Shown here: positions 25,416-35,137 of the stretch, piece after piece | Position numbering within the stretch: position 1 is the stretch's first letter | Layout of the letters: every line of letters starts with the position of its first letter | Virus record (IMG/VR): IMGVR_UViG_3300023214_000150 | Span: 1-45,755 of that record | Origin: a virus | Taxonomy: Duplodnaviria > Caudoviricetes | Length of the DNA stretch: 45,755 nt | Reading direction: 5' to 3' (one strand) | Translations under genes and position numbers: made by a program | Notes under the pieces: generated by a model | Told to the model about the DNA's origin: nothing | Database searches by the model: none | What the model saw: only the letters and a program-made list of their open reading frames with translations

Positions 25416-27719
25416 TCAGTTCGGCCGGCCGAGCAGACGCCGCTCAGCCCACGGTTTCAGTTGGATGCCCTTAAACACGTTCTGCTTGTGGCCCCCCTTC
25501 TGATAGCTGGTGCTGCGAACGTAGTTGGAGTTGCCTTTGAGTCGCTCGAACATGCGGCTCTTGCTGAGTGGGCGAACCCCGTGTTCTTGTGACCACGCCA
25601 TCCACGCATCGTAAATCTTCGTCTTATCGACCTCAAAGTCTTCGCCTTCGTCGCAGGCTTCCTCGATGAACGCCGCCATCGGGCTCGTCGCTGTTCGCCA
25701 CTCATCCAGCGATTCCTGCATGTCTGCCGGAACAGTGAACCCGCCGTTTCTCCGGAGCCGGGCCAGACCTTCAAGGGCCCAGAGGACGATACCGGGAAGC
25801 TCTTTCGCAAGCCGGGTTTCAAGGTTGCGGTCGGGGTTGGCCACGAACGACAACGGAAAATCGAGGATCAACAACCGCCGCTGCATGGCCCCGCTGTGGT
25901 CAGGCAGATGGGGTAGCTCGTTGCAGGTCATGGTGAACTTCGTCGGGAACTTGTAGCTCCGCAAGGCTTCGAGGTACTTGCGGGGGATATCGAAAGTGCC
26001 TTCGCCGGTGATCTTCAGGATCGTTTCAAGGGCCTGCATTGCGTCCCCCCGCTGGGGAATCTTGGCCTCGTCCATGATGGCGACCTGCGATCCGACGAGG
26101 GTGTGGAGGCCGTATTCGCTGGTCAAGTCCGCGAACTTCGGGGCTACCCACTGATCCTCGCCTACGAGCTTACCGAGCATGTTCGCCATGAGCGACTTAC
26201 CCGCCCCGGCCGGGCCTCGCATGAGCAGGAGCTTCTGATACTTGGTATCGGGCGTGAGATTGAGCCCGCACCACTCTTGCCACATTGCGATCTTGTCGGC
26301 GTCGGCGGCGAGGTTCTCTTTGCACAGCTTACGCCAGCGGCGACAATGAGCAGTGGAGTCGAACGCGAACGGCAGAGCAAAGGTGGTAAAGTAGTCCGGT
26401 GTGAGCGGAAGCAGATACTCGTTTTCCGGGGCCCCTTCGAGGTAGCGGCTGACCCAGAGGATGCCGTTCTCGAACACAATCAGGTCGGAGGGGTCGGGCC
26501 CGACGGCTCCGTTGAGCCAACAAGGGGCCCCTTTCTCTGGGATGGGGCAGGGGTTTAGCATTGCACTGAGGATGTTGTTCACCATCGTCAGGCCACACGT
26601 CACCGGCTCGATCGTTTCCTCTCCGTTGGACGTGTGGCGGATTGTGTATTTGTCGTCGGCCCATCCGTAGAGGGGTCCGTGGATTGCCACCTTTTCGTCG
26701 ACCCGTTCGTACTTCACGCCGGTCCACCGGAACCAGTACCCCCGGTCGTACCGCAGCGTATATCGTCCGTTTAGACGGAACTTCGCATCGAGAAACGCCT
26801 TGGCCAGTGTGAGCGGTTTGCTGTCCGGGAACACCTTGAGTTCCTCGGGCTCCCGGCCGTAGTCTTCGACGTACTTCAGGAGGCCGTCGTGGGTTAGCTC
26901 TCCTCGGTTCTTCCACTGTCGCAAGTCTTTCAGGTGCTCGGGCGGCAGGACTTGCTGAACACTCTTAGCACCGTCCTTGAGGGTCTGGTAGGCGGCGACC
27001 ATGCCCTCGACCCCGGCCTCGTCGTTCTCGCCGACCACGATCACGTCTCGCCCGCGAACGAGGTCCTTGAGGACCCCCAACCCCGCCTTGTTACTCGGCC
27101 GACCGACCGCCACGAAGCCGAGGTCCATGGCCGCAGCGGTATCGGTCATGCCCTCGACCACGATCACCGGGTCATCGCTCGGGGGCAGAGGCGACGCCCC
27201 GGCTACCCGCCCCTCACCCTTGCGAATGTGCAGGTAGCCGAACTTCATCGGCTTGGAGGCCCCCTCTTTCGTCCGAATACAGACGACAGCCTTGGGGTCG
27301 TTCGGGTCTTCGGCCGAGACGAGGCACCCGTCCGGCTTCCCGCAGACCGGGCAATCCACCCCGGCGTCGTATAACCGGACCCAATTATGGGCCCCGTGCA
27401 TGTACGCGGACTGCCCCCGCTCGTGACCGGGGTTGACCTCGTAGACGAGGCCGTGGTTCGACCCGGGGAACATACATTTGAACCCAGATTGGCCTCGGAG
27501 ACTGAGGCCGACCGGGTTGGCTGCGGCGTCCCGCTCAGGGATCGCCCACCAGCCTTGAAAGTTGGGCCCCCTCTTGAACTGAACGACGGGGGCCCACCCC
27601 AACTCCAGCCGCTCCAACGAGTCCCGTGAGACCCCAAGGTCGGCGGCCAAAGAGCCGAGCATAACCCGCCAAGCATTACCCTGATACTTGGCCAGATGTT
27701 TCTCTAGCTTCTTGGACAT
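25416..27719 (-). CDS. Primase-helicase (Zn finger + TOPRIM + D5/SF3 helicase + winged helix)
   Basis: CPVCGKPDGC; VIVVEGMTD and GENDEAG (TOPRIM); IVFENG (D5_N); GPAGAGKS, IMDE, TCNELP (SF3). Confidence 0.9.
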   Translation of the reverse strand: MSKKLEKHLAKYQGNAWRVMLGSLAADLGVSRDSLERLELGWAPVVQFKRGPNFQGWWAIPERDAAANPVGLSLRGQSGFKCMFPGSNHGLVYEVNPGHERGQSAYMHGAHNWVRLYDAGVDCPVCGKPDGCLVSAEDPNDPKAVVCIRTKEGASKPMKFGYLHIRKGEGRVAGASPLPPSDDPVIVVEGMTDTAAAMDLGFVAVGRPSNKAGLGVLKDLVRGRDVIVVGENDEAGVEGMVAAYQTLKDGAKSVQQVLPPEHLKDLRQWKNRGELTHDGLLKYVEDYGREPEELKVFPDSKPLTLAKAFLDAKFRLNGRYTLRYDRGYWFRWTGVKYERVDEKVAIHGPLYGWADDKYTIRHTSNGEETIEPVTCGLTMVNNILSAMLNPCPIPEKGAPCWLNGAVGPDPSDLIVFENGILWVSRYLEGAPENEYLLPLTPDYFTTFALPFAFDSTAHCRRWRKLCKENLAADADKIAMWQEWCGLNLTPDTKYQKLLLMRGPAGAGKSLMANMLGKLVGEDQWVAPKFADLTSEYGLHTLVGSQVAIMDEAKIPQRGDAMQALETILKITGEGTFDIPRKYLEALRSYKFPTKFTMTCNELPHLPDHSGAMQRRLLILDFPLSFVANPDRNLETRLAKELPGIVLWALEGLARLRRNGGFTVPADMQESLDEWRTATSPMAAFIEEACDEGEDFEVDKTKIYDAWMAWSQEHGVRPLSKSRMFERLKGNSNYVRSTSYQKGGHKQNVFKGIQLKPWAERRLLGRPN

Positions 27720-27734
27720 TCAAACCTCGCCTTG

Positions 27735-27768
27735 AAAACCGTGCGATCAGGTCTCCCCGACCGCACAG
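27735..27768 (-). terminator. GNRA-capped hairpin with short T tract between the SSB-like and primase genes
   Basis: Minus strand CTGTGCGGTCGGG-GAGA-CCTGATCGCACGG-TTTT. Confidence 0.55.
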
Positions 27769-27796
27769 GGGGTGTCCGAGCGTGGGGGTAACACGC

Positions 27797-28675
27797 TCAG
27801 GCGAGGTTCTGCATTGCGTGGTCGCGGACGGACGCCCACATCTCCTCGGTGAAGTCGTCCTCGTCGGTGTCACCGCCGACTGCGTTGCAGGCCGTGATCC
27901 ACGCTTCCTCCACGTCGCTGTCGGAGGAGTCGCCCTTGTTGTCGCAGACGTGGTCCCACGCCTCGATCTTCGTGCAGCCCCCGGCCTCGGTCTCGGGCTC
28001 GGGCTCGGCCTTGGGCTCGGCCTCGGGCTCGGCCTTGGGCTCGGCCTTGGGCTCGGCCTTGGGCTCGGCCTTGGGCTCGGCCTTGGGCTTGCTCGGGGGG
28101 CTGGCGGGCTTCTCCGAGGCCGGGACGGGCTTCGCCGGAGTCGCGGGCTTGGCCGGCTTGGACTTGCTGACCTTGAGCTTGCTGCTCAGGTCCTTGACCT
28201 TGCTGTCGTCGAGCTTCTTGAGTTCGCGGGCCGGGGACGCTTCGGGGTCGTCGACCCAATTCACCTTCATCTGCACCCTGCCTTCGTACTCGTCTTCTTC
28301 GACGCGGAACAGGATGAGCTTGTCGGCGTAGGTGTCGTTGTTGAGGCTGTCAAACTCGGTGCCGTCCCAGCCAAAGGCAAGCTGGAGTTGCTCGTAGTTC
28401 ATCAGTTGGCTGTTCTCGTCGAACACGTCGGCGTCGTTGAACAGCACGAGAAAGGCCACGATCTCCTCGCCGAACGCAGACCAGTCGACCCACTGCGGGG
28501 TCGCGTCTTCGATGGTCCCTTGGCTGACGAAGTGATCGAGGTCGGCCTTCTCCTCGATGTATTTCTCGGTCGCCTTAAACCGGGCCACCACCTGCGGGTA
28601 GCCCTTCTTCGTAGTGCCGAGCCCGTGTCCGACGACGGTGCCCCGGTACGTTCCTGCGGTGTCGATCTTTGCCAT
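27797..28675 (-). CDS. Single-stranded DNA-binding protein-like (DUF669-type) with PKAE-repeat linker
   Basis: AGTYRGTVV...GTTKKGYPQV...VEEDEYEGR...KVNWV OB-like pattern; downstream of the AAA and nuclease genes. Confidence 0.7.
   Translation of the reverse strand: MAKIDTAGTYRGTVVGHGLGTTKKGYPQVVARFKATEKYIEEKADLDHFVSQGTIEDATPQWVDWSAFGEEIVAFLVLFNDADVFDENSQLMNYEQLQLAFGWDGTEFDSLNNDTYADKLILFRVEEDEYEGRVQMKVNWVDDPEASPARELKKLDDSKVKDLSSKLKVSKSKPAKPATPAKPVPASEKPASPPSKPKAEPKAEPKAEPKAEPKAEPEAEPKAEPEPETEAGGCTKIEAWDHVCDNKGDSSDSDVEEAWITACNAVGGDTDEDDFTEEMWASVRDHAMQNLA
28001..28089. repeat. 12-bp tandem repeat (about 7 units) encoding PKAE
   Basis: GGCCTTGGGCTC iterated in frame. Confidence 0.9.
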
Positions 28676-28736
28676 GTTCGAGTCTCCGTGGTAAAGGGTC
28701 TAAATGGTATCAGTTGCGGCTAGTGTCCGTGCGGAT

Positions 28737-29123
28737 TCAGTCGCTTCCGGTGAGAAGGGCCTCGCCACGGTTTCGGCACAAGGCCCCGGCCGGCTTCTTG
28801 AGAATGGCGACGATCTGCGACTGGTCCACGAGGACGACATCGCGGCCATCATCGGTCCGGTATTCGAGGCCGATCGGCTCCAGCCCGACCGCATCCTGCG
28901 ACAGCCGACGTTGGGAGTGGGTCTGGACGAGGACGAGTTGGCCCCGCCGCAGGTCACGGCAGGTGCTCAGTTCGTCTTTTCGCGTGGCCATTCCGGGGCC
29001 GACATCCAGCACTTCGCACTGGCGGTATTGCTGGCTGCTCGTGCCGGGCAGCACGATGTCACCGACCTTCTTCTCGGCTTGTTCGATGGGGGCGACGGTG
29101 ACAAGGGTGTTACGGGGCTGCAT
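28737..29123 (-). CDS. groES: GroES-like co-chaperonin (Cpn10)
   Basis: MQPRNTLVTV...EKKVGDIVLPG...CEVLDVGPG...GQLVLV...VLVDQSQIVAIL; AGGAGACCC RBS before ATG 29123. Confidence 0.85.
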   Translation of the reverse strand: MQPRNTLVTVAPIEQAEKKVGDIVLPGTSSQQYRQCEVLDVGPGMATRKDELSTCRDLRRGQLVLVQTHSQRRLSQDAVGLEPIGLEYRTDDGRDVVLVDQSQIVAILKKPAGALCRNRGEALLTGSD

Positions 29124-29143
29124 ACGGGTCTCCTGATGCGGGG

Positions 29144-30085
29144 TTACGCGGACTCCGAGGCAACGTAGCCATGGAGGATGTATTGCCACACGGACGAGTC
29201 CGCCTCAGACTCGAACGAGACAATCGGCGGAAGCCGGTGGCCGTTGATCGGGCGTGACTTGGCAAGGTAGTGCTGGGCCCCGCCCGTGAAGATGGCCCTT
29301 TCAGCGTCGCCGCTGACCTTGCCTGCCTTCGAGTCGTCCGAATCCTTCTGGACCTCGAAGTTGAGGTAGCCGATCCGCATGATCTGGTCTGTCCACTCAC
29401 AGACCTCGCTGCGGACCGGGCCCTGCTTGTTCTCGGTCAGCTTCGGCACGTCGCAGTAGTAGTCAGCCCCCTCGGGGTTCGCGACGATCGTCTGATCCAA
29501 CTGGCAGACCAGCACGACGTTCCGGCCAGAGCGGACCACGGCGTCGAGGTCGGTCAACCAGAGACGGAACTGATCGAGAACATGGCGGTAGCCCTTGCCG
29601 AACCCGAACGCTTCGAGGTTCTTGGCCTGACCGCCCTTCTCCAGCTTGACGTTCTCGATGACCCACTGCTCAGCGAGGGGCTGGGCCCGGGTCGCGGTGT
29701 CGATGACGAGGGTGCCGCCGCCCGGGACGATCTGGGCGGCCTGCTGGGTGGCGTCCCGCAGGTCTTGCCAGTCCTCGACACCAGCGATGGCGTGTACGGG
29801 TTTGCCCGTATTGGGGTTGTAGACCTTTCGGGCCCCGTCGTCAAGCGGGATGAAGACGGCCCCGTCGACCTGAGCGGCGAGGCTGGTCTTGCCCATGCCG
29901 GACTTGCCGTAGATCAGAATCTTCTCGCCCTCCCCGTCGCCGCTGAGGGGGGCGACCGAAAAGCTCTTTGCGGCCCGCTCAGAGCGGCCTCCCGGCTTCT
30001 TCGGCGACGGCTTCGGTGGAGCCTTGGGAGGGGCTGGGGGGCCTCCTGCGGCGGCTGCGGGCTTCGTGGGCGGTTTACTCGCCAT
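29144..30085 (-). CDS. AAA-family ATPase (Sak4-like recombinase)
   Basis: ILIYGKSGMGKTS, TLVIDT, FGFGKGY, VCEWTD, AKSR motifs; AAGGAG RBS before ATG 30085. Confidence 0.85.
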   Translation of the reverse strand: MASKPPTKPAAAAGGPPAPPKAPPKPSPKKPGGRSERAAKSFSVAPLSGDGEGEKILIYGKSGMGKTSLAAQVDGAVFIPLDDGARKVYNPNTGKPVHAIAGVEDWQDLRDATQQAAQIVPGGGTLVIDTATRAQPLAEQWVIENVKLEKGGQAKNLEAFGFGKGYRHVLDQFRLWLTDLDAVVRSGRNVVLVCQLDQTIVANPEGADYYCDVPKLTENKQGPVRSEVCEWTDQIMRIGYLNFEVQKDSDDSKAGKVSGDAERAIFTGGAQHYLAKSRPINGHRLPPIVSFESEADSSVWQYILHGYVASESA

Positions 30086-30266
30086 CGGTGCTCTCCTTGA
30101 AGTTGAGGAACAGATCAGTGTTGTCAAGGCAGATGGATTCGATATCGTCGACATCGGGACCGAGGGAACACCCCTCGATCAGCGTCCGCACCTCCGCTTG
30201 GCTGTTCGCACAGACACGGGCGACCACCCCGCCCCGGAACTTGACGACATAGACTTTGCGGATCAT
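30075..30266 (-). CDS. Hypothetical protein (63 aa)
   Basis: AAGGAG RBS; overlaps both neighbours. Confidence 0.6.
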   Translation of the reverse strand: MIRKVYVVKFRGGVVARVCANSQAEVRTLIEGCSLGPDVDDIESICLDNTDLFLNFKESTDGE

Positions 30267-31471
30267 TCTTTGGCTCCTTCGGCCGGACTCGTGAAAATGC
30301 GTTTGAAGTTATCGGGCATGGTCTCGCCGTCACACACGGCGTCGGCACCGGGGCCGTAGCAGATTGGGATGAACGGGCAGGGGAACGTGGCCCGGCATTG
30401 CTGCTCGTTCTCATACCAGCAGCCAGTCTTCGCAAACTGCCGCTGGGCTTGGTAGATGTTGAACAGTTCCACGCGAAACCGGGCGAGGTCTCGGTCCGTC
30501 CGGGCGATTTCCTGCCGCTGGAAGTAGTAATCGGGCCGCTCGTAGATGTCGGCCAGCAGCCGAGCCCCGTACATCTCGGGCGTCTCCCTGATCGTAAAGC
30601 CCTTCTTGCAGAGAGTGACCTCGGCTTCGGTGTCATCGACCGTAACCCGCACACCACCCTCCGGATTCTCGGGGTCATCAGGCCCGACCTTGACCTCGAA
30701 CTCGACGCCGCGATATTCGCCGGTTTCGATCAGGGCGGCGGTGTCCTTCTGCGATAACTTGGCTGGGTTGATGGTCGGCTTCCGCCACACGTCGTAGAGC
30801 GTGCCGCCGATCCGCTCGTCGTTACGGACGCCCCCGATGCCGTAGTTCTCCAGCCCGTGTTCTCGCATATCGTGAAACGCGAGGGCGTACATGCTGACCT
30901 GCGTGTCCTTCTGGGCCCGCTCCCAGAAGTCGCTACCGGGCTCGATGTTCCGGCTCGTCGACTTCCGCTCCACGTTGCCGACCATGCCATGCCAACGAAC
31001 TACATGGTCGATCTTGCCGAGCCGAACAACGTCCCGGAGCGGAAGCGGCAGGCCGGTCCGGGGGGCGTGCAGCGGCAGGGCGAACTCGACCTCGGAGGCG
31101 AGCACTTCGAGCGGGTCGTTCTGCCAGTACCAGAGGTAGCCGACGAACGACACGAGGAGTTGCTGTCGCTCGCACTCCCACTCTTCGGGTGTCTTCGTGG
31201 CAGGCACCTGCTCGTATCGGTCGTTCAAGTGCCCGACAGCGGCGGCGAAAGCGGCCTCGTGGGGGTCGCCCTGTTCGCTGTCGTAGGCCGAATAGGCGTT
31301 CTGGTAGACCTCATGCAGAGCGTGCCAGTTGGTCCCCATCCGCAGGGAATCGGTGTCCTCGGCTGGCCGCAGCCCCTCGCGGTACTGGAGCCGGAAGCGA
31401 GTGGGGCACGCCTTGAACGAGGCGATGGCCGAGGCGGACAGATGGAAGGTCTCAGGATTGCGGTCAGTCAT
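30263..31471 (-). CDS. PD-(D/E)XK exonuclease (Cas4/RecB-like, four Cys)
   Basis: LSASAIASFKACP, GTNWH, GKID, ERKST, QVSMY, C...FPCPFIPIC. Confidence 0.88.
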   Translation of the reverse strand: MTDRNPETFHLSASAIASFKACPTRFRLQYREGLRPAEDTDSLRMGTNWHALHEVYQNAYSAYDSEQGDPHEAAFAAAVGHLNDRYEQVPATKTPEEWECERQQLLVSFVGYLWYWQNDPLEVLASEVEFALPLHAPRTGLPLPLRDVVRLGKIDHVVRWHGMVGNVERKSTSRNIEPGSDFWERAQKDTQVSMYALAFHDMREHGLENYGIGGVRNDERIGGTLYDVWRKPTINPAKLSQKDTAALIETGEYRGVEFEVKVGPDDPENPEGGVRVTVDDTEAEVTLCKKGFTIRETPEMYGARLLADIYERPDYYFQRQEIARTDRDLARFRVELFNIYQAQRQFAKTGCWYENEQQCRATFPCPFIPICYGPGADAVCDGETMPDNFKRIFTSPAEGAKE

Positions 31472-31497
31472 GGTCTGTCTCCGGGTCTCAGGAGGGT

Positions 31498-31525
31498 ATT
31501 ATACCACACAATTCTGGATCGTCAA
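31498..31525 (-). promoter_or_regulatory. Sigma70-type promoter for the recombination module
   Basis: TTGACG-16 bp-TATAAT preceded by TGTGG. Confidence 0.8.
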
Positions 31526-32175
31526 ATCTGTAAACCGGGATTCCCTCCCCGGCGTCGTCGGCCGCTGCCGAACGCGAGGGCCCATGCCTCGTCGCTATCC
31601 TTGCCGAATCGCTCCACCACGCCCCGCATCCCTGCGGTCGACCTTGCCCGGAGGAAATGGGCAATCAGCAGGGCGTCGGCCCGTCCGTCCCTGATGCCGC
31701 CCCGGGGCCCCCGAATCAGGTTCGTGTGGTCGGGATAGTAGGTGTCGAACAGACGGGCAGCCTTTGCGTTGGCCTCCGGGTCCGTCTTTCCCGGGAGGCC
31801 AAGTCTGCCCTTCCAGAGATTCGGCACCAGCAGGTAGTAGTCGAGCCCGAGCAGGTGGGCGTAGGCGTGAAGGTAGCCCTTGCCACGTCCAAACCGCTCG
31901 CTCCGCTCCGCACCCTCGCCGGGGCGGGTAGATGGCCACTCGACCCCCAGCACCAAATCAGGGCGGAGCCGAAGTTCTTGAAATACCTCTCGCAGTCCAT
32001 CGAGGTCGATCTCCTTCTGGCGGTCCTTGTCGGCCGTGGTCATGGGCATGTCCCATACCTTCACCGTCGTCCCCGCAGCGTTGATAACGCCGACCGCCCC
32101 CCGGAATCCGGGGTCGATGCCGGCGTAGAAGTTATAGTTTTTGCTTGGGAGTAATGCCACGTCTTTCAAACTCAT
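31522..32175 (-). CDS. ruvC: RuvC-like Holliday junction resolvase
   Basis: AGIDPGFRGA, VEWP, FGRGKG, PNLWK, DGRADALLIA. Confidence 0.85.
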   Translation of the reverse strand: MSLKDVALLPSKNYNFYAGIDPGFRGAVGVINAAGTTVKVWDMPMTTADKDRQKEIDLDGLREVFQELRLRPDLVLGVEWPSTRPGEGAERSERFGRGKGYLHAYAHLLGLDYYLLVPNLWKGRLGLPGKTDPEANAKAARLFDTYYPDHTNLIRGPRGGIRDGRADALLIAHFLRARSTAGMRGVVERFGKDSDEAWALAFGSGRRRRGGNPGLQI

Positions 32176-32521
32176 CCAGTAGTGGGCCGAGCTTGTCGAC
32201 CCGGAACAGCCTGACTCGGCCGCAGTTGGTCTCCGACTCGATCCCGTGTTTGCGGAGCAGATTGTCCAGCCACTTCTTGTTCCGCTTGATTCCGTACAGG
32301 TTTGCTAGTTGCCGGGCTGAGACGAGAAGGTGTGCGGGGGTGCCCTCCAGCAGTTCGTCGATCTCGTCCAGACTCATCGGGCCATATTGTCTAAACATCT
32401 CCTCGACGCCGGGGTGCCGAGACGGATGCTGCTTACTGTGCTCGGCAACCTCACGCCAAAACGCCAAGGCGGCCCGTACCTGCGTCCATTGCCGGTCTGT
32501 TAGGTCGAAGACGGACGGCAT
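32132..32521 (-). CDS. Hypothetical protein with C-terminal HTH-like segment
   Basis: Coupled to the polymerase stop; VSARQLANLYGI...LDNLLRKHGI. Confidence 0.6.
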   Translation of the reverse strand: MPSVFDLTDRQWTQVRAALAFWREVAEHSKQHPSRHPGVEEMFRQYGPMSLDEIDELLEGTPAHLLVSARQLANLYGIKRNKKWLDNLLRKHGIESETNCGRVRLFRVDKLGPLLDEFERRGITPKQKL

Positions 32522-34743
32522 TAGTGACCTCCGTATCGCTCAGTTACCACGCCCTCGGCGGCGAGGGGGCAATCGGCCGCCCACGCGGGCCGGGTGCCCA
32601 AGGCAGCAATGGCCCGGTTGAGCACCCTCTGCCCGGTGCCCTTGGGCGTGGTGATGATAAGCTCGTCGTGGACGTGCAGGGCGACGCGGTGCCCCTCGTC
32701 CTCAAGCCGCTGGATTGCAGCCCAGAGAAGATCGCGGCTGATGGCCTGCACGACGTTCTCGGTGAGGTAGCCGCCCCACACATGGACGCTGCTTTTCTCC
32801 AGATCGTTCCAGACCTTGATCGAGTCGCCGTACTGGTCCGGCTCGATCTTGACCTGATGGTACTTCAACTCCCGGCCGTTGGGCAAAGTGATGATGACAT
32901 CGCAGTCCGGCGTCTGATCGAACCGCAGCCCCCGGGGCATTTCGCAGGGCTCCCCATACTTGGCGGTATAGATAAACGCCCGCTCGACACCCCGCCAGAA
33001 CTGCACAATCTTGTCGTTCTCCTCGCGGTAGGTCTTGACCAGCCGCTCAGCCGTCTCGAAGTCGATCGCCCCCTTGGCGTAGCCGACCGCCTTTGTTGAC
33101 CCCATGCCGTAGCCGCAACCGAGGACGCCCACCTTGCCGACACTATTACGAGCCCACTTCATCCGCTTCTCGATGGCAGGGATACCGCCCTCGGCCTTGG
33201 GCTTGCGGACCGGATACCCGAGCACCCGCTCAGCGAACCCGCAGTAGATTTCTTCGCCGTTTGCGAACTTCTCCACCAAGTCCCACTGGCCAGCGATCCA
33301 CGCCAAGACCCGAGCCTCAATCTGGCTGGCGTCAGCGATCACAAGCTCTTGGCCGGGCTTGGCGATCAGGAGTTCACGGACAGCGTTGACTAGCTCGTGA
33401 CCCCTGCTACCGAGGTTCTGGAGGTTGATCTTCTCGCCACCGCTCCAGCGGCCGGTATGGGCCCCGTGGTATTTCAACGACACGGGCAGGCCACGTCCGC
33501 TCGCCACTCCCTGATTGATGATGCGGCGGACCCGCTTCATATGCAGGGGCCATGACTTCGCGGCGTTGCGGGCTTCGATCAGGAGGCGGACGTGCTCGTC
33601 CTCGTGCTGCTCAAGCCACTCCCGCTGCGGGTCGTCCTTGGCAATGGCGAACATCCACTCTTTATTCTTCTGCTTGGTGCCCTTGGCGTATCGGGCCGGG
33701 TCGTCGCCCGCGACCACAAGGGCATCATAGAGCAGGGCCTCGAAGCTGTTACCGCCTGCTATGTCTTTCCTCGTCGCGGGCTCTAACCTCAGCCCGGCAC
33801 GGACAGTGTTTAGGCGGTTAACTGTCTGGTCGATCTCGGCGTCCATCTCCCCGATGAGCTTCTCCCCCCGCCGCAGGTCCACGTCGAGGGCCGGGTGCAG
33901 GAATAGGTCGAGGGTGTGTTGGAGGATGCGGAGTTCGGTCGACGGGCACGACAGCTTCGGCATGAGGAGGGTGAACAACTCCCACTCACGTTTCACGTCG
34001 TTGTTGGCGTAGTCCCGCAGGGCGACAAGCTGCTCGTCGGTGATCCGTGGCGTCTGCTGGGGGAGCTTCGGCCCCTTCTTCCTCGTCTTGGGCTTCTTGA
34101 GCCGCTTGCGAAACGTGACGCCCTTGAAGTCCGTGGTCTCTCCCTTGGCGGGCAGGTCGAACCGGCGGCACAGGTGTTCGAGGTCATTCTTCGCCCGGCT
34201 GTTCCAGTGCCGGGCAAGGCCGAGGATATCGACGATGTACGGCGGGCGGATGTTGTAGCGGTAGGCGAGGATCGCCGTGTCAAAGACGGCGTTCTGGGCG
34301 ACGATCGTGCAGTTTTCGAGGTTCTGGCCGTACTCCCGTTGCAAGTGGGCGAGGATTGACGCCGCACCCTGTTCTCCGGACCAGAAATGGGTCCGTCCCC
34401 CGTAGTTATCGAAAGGTTGGGCCATCCCCAGCACAGACAGACCGAGAACCTCGAAGCGTTCGTCCATGATGTATTCGATGGTGCTGAGCTTGTCGCCCCG
34501 CATCGAATACTCGGCATCGAAGTAGGTCTCGAAGTCGAGGACAACGACAATCGTGGGGTATCCGGCATCCCGCAGGGTTGCCCGCCACTCCGGGTCATAC
34601 TGCGACCGAACCGGCACACTATACCGCAGATGCTTGGCCACCCCTGTTGCCCGTTCACACCGAGGCGTCGTCCGCATCCTCCCCGGCAGCTTTGGCGGCG
34701 GCGGTGCGGGCTTAGTCGGTTTCATCGGCGGACTCATCGACAT
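32521..34743 (-). CDS. polA: DNA polymerase family A with 3'-5' exonuclease
   Basis: Exo motifs DFETY, NAVFD, YANND; HTGRWSG; motif A DASQIEAR; motif B KVGVLGCGYG; motif C HVHDE. Confidence 0.95.
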   Translation of the reverse strand: MSMSPPMKPTKPAPPPPKLPGRMRTTPRCERATGVAKHLRYSVPVRSQYDPEWRATLRDAGYPTIVVVLDFETYFDAEYSMRGDKLSTIEYIMDERFEVLGLSVLGMAQPFDNYGGRTHFWSGEQGAASILAHLQREYGQNLENCTIVAQNAVFDTAILAYRYNIRPPYIVDILGLARHWNSRAKNDLEHLCRRFDLPAKGETTDFKGVTFRKRLKKPKTRKKGPKLPQQTPRITDEQLVALRDYANNDVKREWELFTLLMPKLSCPSTELRILQHTLDLFLHPALDVDLRRGEKLIGEMDAEIDQTVNRLNTVRAGLRLEPATRKDIAGGNSFEALLYDALVVAGDDPARYAKGTKQKNKEWMFAIAKDDPQREWLEQHEDEHVRLLIEARNAAKSWPLHMKRVRRIINQGVASGRGLPVSLKYHGAHTGRWSGGEKINLQNLGSRGHELVNAVRELLIAKPGQELVIADASQIEARVLAWIAGQWDLVEKFANGEEIYCGFAERVLGYPVRKPKAEGGIPAIEKRMKWARNSVGKVGVLGCGYGMGSTKAVGYAKGAIDFETAERLVKTYREENDKIVQFWRGVERAFIYTAKYGEPCEMPRGLRFDQTPDCDVIITLPNGRELKYHQVKIEPDQYGDSIKVWNDLEKSSVHVWGGYLTENVVQAISRDLLWAAIQRLEDEGHRVALHVHDELIITTPKGTGQRVLNRAIAALGTRPAWAADCPLAAEGVVTERYGGH

Positions 34744-35137
34744 CCTTTATTCTCGGTCGGCCGGGGCCGGGGTGGCTCTTGATGCTTAGCGGCCCCTTGA
34801 TCCCCATGTAGCCCCAGCACTGTTTCCCGTTGTAGATTCGCCGTACCCGGTTGGGGTTACAGCGGGTTTCCGGGTCTTTTTCGTCAAGGTCGGGGAACAC
34901 TCGAATCAGGGCGGCCCCAAATGACCTATTGTTGAGGGGTTTGGGGGCGTCCGGGTCAGAGGCGTACCGGGCTACATAGTCGCGGTACAGTTGGTACAAC
35001 ATATGGGTTGGCACGAAGTCTCGCGGCGTCACAACGTCGGGGTCGGTTGTGTATTCCCGCAGGGCAGCGGCCACGTCTTCTTCTTCGGGCGCCATGAAGT
35101 CCTCCGGTTTACGACATCGCCGAGGATCGTAGGTCAT
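34712..35137 (-). CDS. Stand-alone winged-helix protein resembling the primase C-terminal domain
   Basis: FVPTHMLYQLYRDY...KPLNNRSFGAAL...RRIYNGKQCWGYMGI parallels primase EVDKTKIYDAWMAW...RPLSKSRMFERL...GGHKQNVFKGI. Confidence 0.65.
   Translation of the reverse strand: MTYDPRRCRKPEDFMAPEEEDVAAALREYTTDPDVVTPRDFVPTHMLYQLYRDYVARYASDPDAPKPLNNRSFGAALIRVFPDLDEKDPETRCNPNRVRRIYNGKQCWGYMGIKGPLSIKSHPGPGRPRIKDVDESADETD

Noticed and set aside
30263-31471. Cas4-like nuclease as evidence of CRISPR-Cas
   Set aside because: It sits with the AAA ATPase and SSB-like gene in an ordinary phage recombination module.
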